A stretch of 64,000 bases of DNA from Rhodospirillales bacterium (GTDB taxonomy: Bacteria > Pseudomonadota > Alphaproteobacteria > Micavibrionales > Micavibrionaceae), in assembly GCA_020638285.1 (NCBI GenBank), contig JACKIV010000002.1, positions 291,296 to 355,295 on the forward strand, read 5' to 3'. The notes under the pieces were generated by a model. The model was not told the origin of the DNA. It ran no database searches and was given only the letters and a program-made list of their open reading frames with translations. Shown here in pieces: positions 41,360 through 51,718 of the stretch. The position numbers were made by a program, and so were the translations under genes. Every line of letters starts with the position of its first letter. Positions within the stretch are counted from its first letter, which is position 1.

Positions 41360-43966
41360 TTAAACCGTGGCAGTGACAACCAGATTTCCATCCATCAGAA
41401 GATCCGCTGCCGAAGCGCCGCCGACCCCGCCCAGAAGGGTTGCGACCGTCTCGAACGCCGCTGCGCCATCGTGACTGATCTGCACCGCCGTATCGCCTCC
41501 GCCCGTGTCCACGAGCCGGACGAAGTTATCCAGCGCGTTGACCAGAGGGTCAAACCCGTCGAGCAAATTCGAAAGGTCCAGAACGTCTCCACCTGTGCCT
41601 TTGGCGAAGTCGTGGATCGTGTCGACCATGCCGTCCATGACAGACAGCATGAAGGTGTCCGCTCCGGTGCCTCCGTACAGGTGATCCGCACCCGCGCCGC
41701 CGTCCAGAACATCCGCGCCCTGACCGCCATAGAGCGTATCGTTGCCCTCGCCTCCGAATAGTGTGTCGTTTCCATATCCTCCATCGATCACATCGTTCCC
41801 GGCGCCGCCGTCGATCGTGTCATTGTCGGCGATGGCAACGGTTTCGGTTGTGTGGCCGGCGATCTTCACATCCACCACCACGTCGTCGTAATCGCCGTCG
41901 CCGATATTGCGCAGGTCTTCAAAGCCGATCCGCAGCGTTCCGCTGTCAATGGCGTCCGAAGGGTGGAAGACCTGCACATTGTTAAGCAGGAAGGATGCCG
42001 CGCCCAGCCCCGAATCTCCGACCATGGAAAACAGGTCGATTCCGCTGATGAGCGCGCCATCGCCGCCGAAATCCGCCGCATCGAAGGTGACACGGACCAC
42101 GCCTTTGACAGGGTCGAGCGTACCCAGATCGATCTCGCCCACGACGGGGGTATCGCTTCCGGCCAGATGGATTTTGAAGTCAATCCCATCGTGTCGGTCC
42201 CGGCAGTCGATATCGGCCAGTGTAACCACGACTTTGCTCGCATCCTGCGCCAGATCAACGCTGATGACCTCGCCGGGCTTCCAGATTTTGTTGTTTCCGT
42301 TCGATTTGATGCCAATGCCTTCTCCGTTGGAGCCCTTGACCCAGGACAACGTGCCTTCCTTAAGGCCGGGAGCAAGCGGATCTCCCACGCTGACCGTGAT
42401 TCCGTCTTTTGTCAGAGACGACATTTTTCCCTTGATGTCCCTGGCCACCGGGTTCAGGTCAATCGGTGTTTCGTCGATGAGGCCGGAGACGACATGCACT
42501 TTGCCGTCCTTGTTCAGGCCCGCACCGCCGCCGCGGTCGGAGGTGTGGAAGACGTCTCCTTTCAGGACGAATTCCCGCACCCCATCGTCATAAACGAGGG
42601 ACACCTTGTTTGGCGCGTCCGAGATGTTCGCCGGACGTTCGGCGCTTGTTCCGAACTTGTAAACGAATTTCAGGTGTCCGTTGCCCAGATCAAGATTTCC
42701 ATAGCCATGATTGACATTAAAGCCGTTGGACAGAACGAACAGGCCCAGAGACGATCCCGCTTCACCTGACACGGCAACGGTTTTTTCTGTACCCGCCGCT
42801 GTGGACTTGATGCTGGAAAAGTCCATTTCCACGCCCGTGATGGCTCCGTCCGCCCCGATCGTATAGTGGCCGAGCGAGTTGTTATAACCGGCTTTGGATT
42901 CCACGAATTTGATGGTTGCAGTCGTCTCGAATCCGGGGGACAGGTCGCCCTGCGCAATGCCCAGCGTGTCCGGTGCGTTGAGCTTTCGGGTTTCAACCAG
43001 TTCAGGCAGGACAATGCCGCCAGAGAATTCATGCTCCTGCGTGGTGGTGGTCACGAATCCTGAATCGTCTCCGCCTGTTCCGCCGAAGAGGATATCGTCT
43101 CCGTCTCCGCCTGTGATCGTGTCGTTTCCGGCACCGCCATAGACGGTGTCTGCGCCGTCCCTGCCGTCAAGTGTGTCGTTTCCGGCGCCGCCGTCCAGAA
43201 CATTGGCAAAACCATCTCCCGTCAGGGCATCGTCAAAATCCGATCCGGTCAGATTTTCGATATTGAGGAGGGTGTCGGTTCCTCCAAATCCGTCCGAGGC
43301 CGTTCCTGTCGTCAGGTTCGCTGTGACCGCGGCAGGCGATGTGTACCAGGATGCGGTATCCGTGTCGTCTTCTCCATCAAGAGTGTCGTTGCCCGAGCCG
43401 CCAATCAGGGTATCATCTCCGGTTCGTCCCGATATGTAGTCGTTCCCGGCATCTCCATAGAGCGTATCGTTTCCGGCGTCTCCATTGACGGTGTCGTTGC
43501 CGTCCCCGCCGCGCAGGATGTCGTCGTCGTCTCCACCGCGCAGAAGGTCGTTTCCGGGGCCACCGTCAATACGGTCGTTTCCGGCCTTTCCGTTCAGAAC
43601 GTCGTTTCCGATATTGCCCCAGATGATATCGTCTTCGCTTCCCCCATCCAGAAGAACATTTCCGTAAGTCAGGGTCGGACTGGAGAAAATAATCAGGTCT
43701 CCGCCGTTTCCGGCCAGAACGTTTTCAATATTTGCGACCAGAGCATTGCCGGCGCCGTCATCCAGAAACAGCGCGTCCCCGAAATTCGTGAGCATCAGAA
43801 CATCGGATCCGCCAAGCCCGTCATAGGAGTTCGTATTGGCGTTTTTTTCTTCATCGACGAAGATGCTCTCGCCGCTGTATGGATTGACGAGGGTAAGTGT
43901 AACCTGCTGAGGGTTCCCTTGGAAAAAAAGGGTGTCCGGACCGTTCGTCCCTGTGATTGTTGCCAT
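41360..43966 (-). CDS. RTX (hemolysin-type Ca-binding repeat) protein with a central DUF4114-like region and a type I secretion C-terminal domain
   Basis: Many GGxGxDxUx nonapeptides (GGPGNDLLRGGDDDDILRGGDGNDTVNGDAGNDTLYG...). AGYNNSLGHYTI and LRIGFEDLRNIGDGDYDDVVVDVK match DUF4114 hallmarks. No N-terminal signal peptide. C-terminus reads DTIHDFAKGTGGDVLDLSNLL...LVVTATV. ATG 43966 is preferred over GTG 43981. Confidence 0.85.
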   Translation of the reverse strand: MATITGTNGPDTLFFQGNPQQVTLTLVNPYSGESIFVDEEKNANTNSYDGLGGSDVLMLTNFGDALFLDDGAGNALVANIENVLAGNGGDLIIFSSPTLTYGNVLLDGGSEDDIIWGNIGNDVLNGKAGNDRIDGGPGNDLLRGGDDDDILRGGDGNDTVNGDAGNDTLYGDAGNDYISGRTGDDTLIGGSGNDTLDGEDDTDTASWYTSPAAVTANLTTGTASDGFGGTDTLLNIENLTGSDFDDALTGDGFANVLDGGAGNDTLDGRDGADTVYGGAGNDTITGGDGDDILFGGTGGDDSGFVTTTTQEHEFSGGIVLPELVETRKLNAPDTLGIAQGDLSPGFETTATIKFVESKAGYNNSLGHYTIGADGAITGVEMDFSSIKSTAAGTEKTVAVSGEAGSSLGLFVLSNGFNVNHGYGNLDLGNGHLKFVYKFGTSAERPANISDAPNKVSLVYDDGVREFVLKGDVFHTSDRGGGAGLNKDGKVHVVSGLIDETPIDLNPVARDIKGKMSSLTKDGITVSVGDPLAPGLKEGTLSWVKGSNGEGIGIKSNGNNKIWKPGEVISVDLAQDASKVVVTLADIDCRDRHDGIDFKIHLAGSDTPVVGEIDLGTLDPVKGVVRVTFDAADFGGDGALISGIDLFSMVGDSGLGAASFLLNNVQVFHPSDAIDSGTLRIGFEDLRNIGDGDYDDVVVDVKIAGHTTETVAIADNDTIDGGAGNDVIDGGYGNDTLFGGEGNDTLYGGQGADVLDGGAGADHLYGGTGADTFMLSVMDGMVDTIHDFAKGTGGDVLDLSNLLDGFDPLVNALDNFVRLVDTGGGDTAVQISHDGAAAFETVATLLGGVGGASAADLLMDGNLVVTATV

Positions 43967-44276
43967 TTTCTTATTCCCCACTTTTTATTGTTTGGCGATT
44001 GACTCCGCCTTTTTGTTTCCCCGTGCATGATGCCAAGGAAACGCCACACCGCCCATAAACGATATTACGTCAAACTCTGTTAAAGTTTTATGTAATTTAA
44101 GCGGTTTCGATTTATATACATAATGAAGATTAACGAGGGGTTAATATCGCGGAAAATTTCCTTTTTTACGGCAGGGCTTTCATGGCAGTAAGAGCCAGAT
44201 ACGTCCCGATCCGGGGAGAGAGGGATTTAAATCAATGTGTGGTTCGGGATCTTAAAAAGCACCCACGCCAACGTGT

Positions 44277-45773
<1,497 letters not shown>

Positions 45774-45822
45774 CTAGAAGGCGTGCCTGAAGCCCGTGGC
45801 CGACACGTCCTGTGGCCCTCTT

Positions 45823-46077
45823 TTAGAGGGATTGTTGGATCATTTCCAGCGCTCTTTTGGTCAAGGTTGCTCTATAACCCGTTTCTTTCATGTGATTGAG
45901 GCGATCTTTCAGGCCGGTCGCGGCCACGCGGAAAACAGGGGGCGTTGTTGGATCTGTCGAGTTGCAAAAAGTTGCGTACAGGCGCTCTCCAATGGTTTCA
46001 AGGCGAACATGCGTGAAGGGGGCGTCTGCGTCTGGTCTGGAGATGTCGGCTGGACAGGCATTGTTTTTTTGAACCAT
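45823..46077 (-). CDS. Small hypothetical protein upstream of guaB
   Basis: ORF on the guaB strand. The internal ATG (MVQKNN) is preceded by AGGGAA. No recognisable family. The start could be as far upstream as 46128. Confidence 0.4.
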   Translation of the reverse strand: MVQKNNACPADISRPDADAPFTHVRLETIGERLYATFCNSTDPTTPPVFRVAATGLKDRLNHMKETGYRATLTKRALEMIQQSL

Positions 46078-46311
46078 ATCGTTTTCCCTGTCTAACGGCC
46101 CTGTCAGGGCGCCATCTTGTTTTTGCATTGATCTCTCCCCTGAAAATGCGGCGGAATATAGGAAGGAACTTATCGGAAGTCAAGGAAAACAAAGGAAAAA
46201 TCATCGAAGTGTAGAGACAGGCTTTCCTTTCTTGTAAGAGGGCTGTACTATGATCCGTCCTGTGGGGGTATTCTGCGCTCGTTCGTGGCATTTTTGATCC
46301 GGATTTTCGAT

Positions 46312-46713
46312 ATGACTCCGATTGCGCTTTTGCTTTTGTATGTGGCCTTTCGGGTCAAGCAGTTCGCCTGTGATTTTCTGTTTCAAACCGACTGGATGGC
46401 CTTGACCAAAGGCATGCCGGGGCGCGAGGGATGGACGGCCCTGTTTACCCACGCGGCGTTTCATGCGGCAGGCACGACATTGATTATGCTCATATTTTCG
46501 CCCGGATTGTGGTGGCTTGGGCTTCTCGATTTCGGGATTCATGGTCTTATTGACCGGATCAAGGGCCTGTACACCTATCGCCGGGGCTGGACGGCCAAGG
46601 ATACGCTGTTCTGGTGGACGTTGGGGCTGGATCAGGAAGCGCATAATTTTACCCATCTGTCCTATATTTTGATCGTTGTCGTGGCGGCAGGCGGGATCAT
46701 TTCAGCCGCATAG
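46312..46713 (+). CDS. Small integral membrane protein, DUF3307-like
   Basis: Four predicted TM segments. ACDFLFQTDWMA and DQEAHNFTH resemble the DF-x-x-Q / His motifs I associate with DUF3307. Confidence 0.5.
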   Translation: MTPIALLLLYVAFRVKQFACDFLFQTDWMALTKGMPGREGWTALFTHAAFHAAGTTLIMLIFSPGLWWLGLLDFGIHGLIDRIKGLYTYRRGWTAKDTLFWWTLGLDQEAHNFTHLSYILIVVVAAGGIISAA

Positions 46714-46829
46714 TTTTTTTTGGAAAGCCGAAAAGAGGGTTTCAAATTTCTCTCGCTGTGTATTGACGTAAGATTTCCGGAAAGGTATTTCCTTCTCCTG
46801 TAACAAGGGCGAAAACAGCGGGGGATGTC

Positions 46830-47138
46830 ATGAAGAAATTGTCGGGTATTTTTGGCGGTGCTTTGCTCGGGGTGGCTGTCGCGGGTTGTGCGCCTGATTT
46901 TGACTTCGGATCTTCGGTTCTGGTCGAAAAGAAAGAAACCCCTTTTTCTTCTCAATCGGTTTGGTTTGACTGCAAAAAACAGACTCTGACCACCAGAGAG
47001 GAAGGATATGCTCCTACCCCGTACGGGCCGTTTCCTGTGTCAAGAGTTACTGTTAACGCGCTGGAAAGTCATGAAGATTTAAAAAAATACACCGCCCTTT
47101 GCCGGCGCGCCCATGGGCCTTCCCCCGATAAAAATTAA
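46830..47138 (+). CDS. Hypothetical lipoprotein (102 aa)
   Basis: MKKLSGIFGGALLGVAVAGC carries a signal peptide and lipobox. GGGGGA RBS. Lower-GC coding sequence. Confidence 0.6.
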   Translation: MKKLSGIFGGALLGVAVAGCAPDFDFGSSVLVEKKETPFSSQSVWFDCKKQTLTTREEGYAPTPYGPFPVSRVTVNALESHEDLKKYTALCRRAHGPSPDKN

Positions 47139-47194
47139 GGCGTATGATCGGCCTTTCTAGGGCCTTTCCCGTCTGTTGAACGGACAGGAAGGCG

Positions 47195-48670
47195 TTGTTG
47201 AAGACTGTCGAGAGGGTTATTCGGGTTGTGAACGAAACAGAAAAATTTCCTGCTAATACCTTGTTTTTTGCGCCTGTGCCTTTTGTTGAGACTCCGGCGG
47301 ATCGGGTCATAGAGATCAGGGTTTTTCCTCCCGGTGTGTTTGCGCAATGGGCTCAGACCCAAAGTCCGGCGCGGCGGGCCGCCATGCTGGACCAGAATTT
47401 TTCCGGCGCGCCCGGAAAAGTTGTCCTGTTTCAAGGCGATGGCGGCATGATCTCGGAGATCGCTTTAGGTGTCGGTGCGCCGCTCACCCTTTACGATTTT
47501 GCCGTTGCGTCTGATTTTATCCGGAAGAATCTGTCTCCGGAGCTGATGGGGGCAGCAACATTCCGTTTTTGCGCATCGGAGAGCCCGGCGGATCCAACCT
47601 GTATGGCGCTGGGCTGGGCCTTGGGGTGTTATTCTTATAATGTGTACAAAGGTGGATCTGTGGCGGTTCCGCGCCTGATCTGGCCGGATGGGGCGGACAG
47701 AAAGGCCGTGGAGTCGCTCTATTCCGGAATTTCTCTCACGCGCAATCTGGTCAATGCGCCCGCCAACGATCTGGGTCCGGCGGAGCTTGAAGCCGTGGCC
47801 GGGCATCTGGCCCGCACGCAGGGCGCTTCGGTGTCGGTGGTCTCCGGTGAGTCGCTTTCCCGTGACTTTCCCCTCATTCATGCCGTAGGAAGGGGCAGTC
47901 CGCGCGCGCCGCGTTTGATTGATATAACGTGGGGGGCAGTGGACCATCCCCGTTTGACGATTATAGGAAAGGGGGTGTGTTTTGATACCGGGGGCCTCAA
48001 TCTCAAGCCCGGATCGGCCATGTCCCTGATGAAAAAAGATATGGGCGGGGCCGCCCATGCGTTGGGGCTTGCGCGGGCGATTATGGGGATGGGGCTGCCG
48101 GTGCGGCTGCGCGTTCTGGTCCCGGCGGTTGAAAATTCGGTGTCGGGCGAAGCCTTTCGACCCCGCGATGTGATCCGGAGTCGCAAGGGTTTGAGTGTCG
48201 AGATTCTCGACACCGATGCCGAAGGGCGCTTGATTCTGGCAGATGCCCTGGCTCTGGCCTGTGAAGAAAAGCCGGATTTATTGCTTGATTTTGCGACGCT
48301 GACGGGGGCGGCGCGGGTGGCGCTCGGTTTTGACATTCCGGCGCTGTTCGGCAACCGCGCTGAAAGCGTGGCGAGGCTTAAAAATGTGGCAGCGGCGCAA
48401 GGTGATCCATTATGGGATCTGCCGCTCTGGCGGCCATACTTAAAGGAGATGGACAGCGATATTGCCGATCTGGCCAATATCGGGACCGGGCCTGCCGGGT
48501 GCATTCAGGCGGCTCTCTTTCTGGAGAAATTTGTGACCCCCGAAACAGACTGGATTCATATTGACCAGTATGCGTGGGAGTCCTCAGGGCGGCCCGGTCG
48601 GCCAAAGGGCGGGTGCGATATGGGGCTGCGTGCGGTTTTGGCGTACCTGACGGAGCGGTTTGGGGTATGA
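47195..48670 (+). CDS. M17 leucyl aminopeptidase family protein
   Basis: NLVNAPANDLGP, GKGVCFDTGGLNLKPGSAMSLMKKDMGGAA, DTDAEGRLILADAL, and ATLTGAA catalytic/metal-ligand motifs. The start is uncertain (TTG 47195 or GTG 47228). Confidence 0.85.
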   Translation: MLKTVERVIRVVNETEKFPANTLFFAPVPFVETPADRVIEIRVFPPGVFAQWAQTQSPARRAAMLDQNFSGAPGKVVLFQGDGGMISEIALGVGAPLTLYDFAVASDFIRKNLSPELMGAATFRFCASESPADPTCMALGWALGCYSYNVYKGGSVAVPRLIWPDGADRKAVESLYSGISLTRNLVNAPANDLGPAELEAVAGHLARTQGASVSVVSGESLSRDFPLIHAVGRGSPRAPRLIDITWGAVDHPRLTIIGKGVCFDTGGLNLKPGSAMSLMKKDMGGAAHALGLARAIMGMGLPVRLRVLVPAVENSVSGEAFRPRDVIRSRKGLSVEILDTDAEGRLILADALALACEEKPDLLLDFATLTGAARVALGFDIPALFGNRAESVARLKNVAAAQGDPLWDLPLWRPYLKEMDSDIADLANIGTGPAGCIQAALFLEKFVTPETDWIHIDQYAWESSGRPGRPKGGCDMGLRAVLAYLTERFGV

Positions 48671-50025
48671 TGAAGTCTTTCTTTTTGTGCGGCGTTGGGG
48701 GCAGCGGCATGAGCGCGCTGGCCCGCATTCTGGCGCGGCGCGGCGCACAGGTTGGGGGATCGGATCGCAGCCACGATCGGGGCGAGTCTCTTGAGAAATT
48801 CGCCGCGCTTCAGGCCGAAGGCGTGCGGCTCTATCCTCAGGACGGGACGGGGCCGGGTGATTATGGTGCCTTGGTTGTCTCCAGTGCCATCGAAGAAACC
48901 GTTCCTGACGTTCGGGCTGCCCGGGCGGCGGGTCTTCCCATATTCAAGCGTGCGGACATTCTTGCGGGGCTGTTCAATGCGGCGCGCGGAGTCGCCATCG
49001 GCGGGACGAGCGGAAAGACCACGACATGCGGCATGGCAGGGTGGATTTTCAAGTCCTGCGGGCATGATCCTGTTATTGTCAATGGCGGGATCATGCGCAA
49101 TTTTGACGACAACGCAGTAGCAGGGGGAGGAGACTGGTTCGTGGCCGAAACGGACGAGAGCGACGGGTCTATCGCCTTGTTCGAGCCGGAAATTGCAGTT
49201 CTGACCAATGCGACGCTCGACCACAAGCCGCTGGCCCATCTGCGCCCCATGTTTTGCGATTTTCTGCGTCGGGCCGGGCGGGGGGCGGTGGTCAATCTGG
49301 ACGATCCGGAATCGGTGGGCCTGCTGGCCGAAGGGGTTCCGGATCCCTTGACGTTTTCGTTGAGCGATCCTCGCGCCGATTTATATGCGGCGAGCATCCG
49401 TTCGATGCCGGACGGTGCATCGTTTCGGGTGATGGGTGTTGACATAAGGCTGATGGTTCCCGGGCGGTATAATGTGTCAAACGCACTGGCGGCTCTTGGC
49501 GCGGCGCTCAAAGGCGGAGTTTCTCTGGAAGATGCGGCGCGGGCGTTGGGGGAGTTCCAGGGAATATCGAGGCGGATGGAGGTTCTGGGTGTTTCCCGTG
49601 GCGTCACGGTCATCGACGATTTCGCTCACAATCCTGATAAGATAGCAGCATCTCTTCAGGCATTGCACGAAAATCCGGGCCGGTTGTGGATCGTGTTTCA
49701 GATCCATGGCTACGGCCCGGCGAAGATGCTGCGAGACGGGCTGGTTTCCATGTTTTCGGAAAATCTTGGGGCGGAAGATATTCTCCTGATGCCCGAGATT
49801 TTCTATGCGGGCGGGTCGGCGAATCGATCAATCTCGGCAGCGGACATCGTGGAGGATGTGGCAAGAGCATCGCGCAACGCATTGTTTTTTAATGAGAGAG
49901 AAAAAATTTCTGCGCATTTGCTTTCCCATGTCGCACCGGGCGACCGTATCGTGATTATGGGGGCTCGAGACGATACCTTGAGCGATTTCGGGCGGGGTGT
50001 TCTGAAGGGGCTCGCGTCAAAGTAA
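48667..50025 (+). CDS. Mur ligase family protein, MurC-like
   Basis: N-terminal Rossmann motif GVGGSGMSALARILARRGAQVGGSD, P-loop IGGTSGKTTT, AETDESDGS, TNATLDHKP, GRYNVSNALAA, F.GISRRME, IDDFAHNPDKI, FQIHGYGP. ATGA overlap with the M17 gene stop. Not located in the dcw cluster. Confidence 0.7.
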   Translation: MMKSFFLCGVGGSGMSALARILARRGAQVGGSDRSHDRGESLEKFAALQAEGVRLYPQDGTGPGDYGALVVSSAIEETVPDVRAARAAGLPIFKRADILAGLFNAARGVAIGGTSGKTTTCGMAGWIFKSCGHDPVIVNGGIMRNFDDNAVAGGGDWFVAETDESDGSIALFEPEIAVLTNATLDHKPLAHLRPMFCDFLRRAGRGAVVNLDDPESVGLLAEGVPDPLTFSLSDPRADLYAASIRSMPDGASFRVMGVDIRLMVPGRYNVSNALAALGAALKGGVSLEDAARALGEFQGISRRMEVLGVSRGVTVIDDFAHNPDKIAASLQALHENPGRLWIVFQIHGYGPAKMLRDGLVSMFSENLGAEDILLMPEIFYAGGSANRSISAADIVEDVARASRNALFFNEREKISAHLLSHVAPGDRIVIMGARDDTLSDFGRGVLKGLASK

Positions 50026-50286
50026 GATTCTCGCAAAAAATGTCTTTATCATTTTCCTCTCATATTTTCCTTTTTCCAAACTAGTAATTTGGATTTGAAC
50101 GGAAAACGAGCCTTTCCGTTACATGCAATCCATTGTTCTGTAAAATAAAAAATCCTCCGGCAGTAGCAAAACATTAAGACATTAACCGCAATAATGAGCC
50201 TTGGACGAACGCGCCGGGGCTTTGTTGTCTGCGGGCCGCGCACCAGAGAAGACATAAAAAAACGGAAACGCGGTCGGATAGGCTCC

Positions 50287-51645
50287 ATGACAAAGAAAAG
50301 CAAGAAGACGGGTCACAAGGGTAAGGGGCGCGAGCGGGTATGCCGTGTGTCCTATACGCTCAACAGCATCCAGCCCGTGACTTCGACGATCATCGGCGAC
50401 CAGCCCCTTTTCTACATGAACTATGAAGGCGCGTTTGAGGACGATTCCTTTGGTGGGGATGAAGTCTTTCTGGACGATGCCATGGATGCGGATGTCTTTG
50501 AGCCTCGCCCCTACAGCACAGGCGGTCTGGAGGAGTTCTCTGACTTCTCAGGCGAAAGCGCGTTTTCGTCTGAACTTCGCATGGAAGAATTTCTGTTTGA
50601 GGGCTCGGCCATTTGCCGCCCCGTTCATGCGGACGTGCGCGGCGAGCCGATTGGGAACAGTCTTGCGGACCTTGAGGATATCCTGTCTTCCAGTCGTTTC
50701 GCGGCGGCCTTGTTCAACACGGCCCGGCTTGACGGAATCACGATTGCCCACGGAATGCATGTCGAGAATGCATTCTATGACTCTGTGGCAGGCAAAATTT
50801 TCATTCACCCCAGGCTTGACCGGGCGGAAGCGGCCCTGTGCATTGTGCGTGAGCTTCGGATGATATGGCAAATATCGCATGGTGGACATATGAATCCCCT
50901 GCGCTTTCACCCCGATCATGCCATCCTCGTCAATCGCGCCCAGCAGGCTGATCTGGCCGTCGCCATGGTCCGCGCCGCGTGGGAGTTCCAGCTTTCCGGT
51001 GAGCGCTCCCCGTGGGAACGGCTGGAAATGTCGTCCATGTCGGATCTGGTCCGGGTTTTTGCCCGTGAGGCGTTTTTGGACTTCCGGACCTTGAATAACG
51101 GAACGGCTTGTGCCGGAGCATTCGAGGCATGGTTCTTATCTGAAAGATGCAGAAGATTTGACAAGGCCTTGATTCAAAACATGCTTGCGGATTACCGTGG
51201 AACGGTTTTTGGTTCCGACCAGACCTCGCGTACCGTGTCGGCGGAGATTATCGCTGCGCTGGGGACCATGCCTTTCGGCAAAAATTACCTCGTGGCCCAT
51301 GCCAGAACCATTCTGACCGACCCGGTCTTTACCGAGGTGCGTGATAGGGCCAATGCCAATTTTCTGTGGTTTATCAAGTTTGAAAAGTCTTTTCGTGATG
51401 CGGAACAGGAATTGCAACAGGGAGAGGGTCCATCTGGTCCGGCGGTTCGCCCGGACCGTTTCTCCACCCTGACCTGGAACGGCTCTCATGAACAGGAACG
51501 AAAGAACAACGTCATCTCCCTGCCGCAACGCACGTGCGGAGAGACGGCAGAGAACCTCCTTCCATCCCGCCGCGGAAAGTCTCCCGGCGGTGCGCAAATC
51601 ATCGACCTTCCCCGGCGGCCCGGAAAGGGCGGAGTACATCTTTGA
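50287..51645 (+). CDS. Hypothetical protein, paralogue A (acidic N-terminal region plus conserved unknown domain)
   Basis: Long clean ORF after an AT-rich 260-bp spacer. The C-terminal ~300 aa align by eye with the next ORF. The start could be 50194. Confidence 0.6.
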   Translation: MTKKSKKTGHKGKGRERVCRVSYTLNSIQPVTSTIIGDQPLFYMNYEGAFEDDSFGGDEVFLDDAMDADVFEPRPYSTGGLEEFSDFSGESAFSSELRMEEFLFEGSAICRPVHADVRGEPIGNSLADLEDILSSSRFAAALFNTARLDGITIAHGMHVENAFYDSVAGKIFIHPRLDRAEAALCIVRELRMIWQISHGGHMNPLRFHPDHAILVNRAQQADLAVAMVRAAWEFQLSGERSPWERLEMSSMSDLVRVFAREAFLDFRTLNNGTACAGAFEAWFLSERCRRFDKALIQNMLADYRGTVFGSDQTSRTVSAEIIAALGTMPFGKNYLVAHARTILTDPVFTEVRDRANANFLWFIKFEKSFRDAEQELQQGEGPSGPAVRPDRFSTLTWNGSHEQERKNNVISLPQRTCGETAENLLPSRRGKSPGGAQIIDLPRRPGKGGVHL

Positions 51646-51718
51646 GTGCGCGGGTCAGGCCGACGCCTCCGGGCCCGGCCTTGCCCGTCGATCCCATTCT
51701 GTAACGCAAGAGTTTCCT

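Noticed and set aside
41852-43667. Plus-strand ORFs (305, 228, 97, 82 aa ...) inside the RTX gene
   Set aside because: Antisense or off-frame readings of the nonapeptide-repeat DNA (Ser/Pro/Val-rich). The minus-strand RTX frame carries the GGxGxD periodicity.
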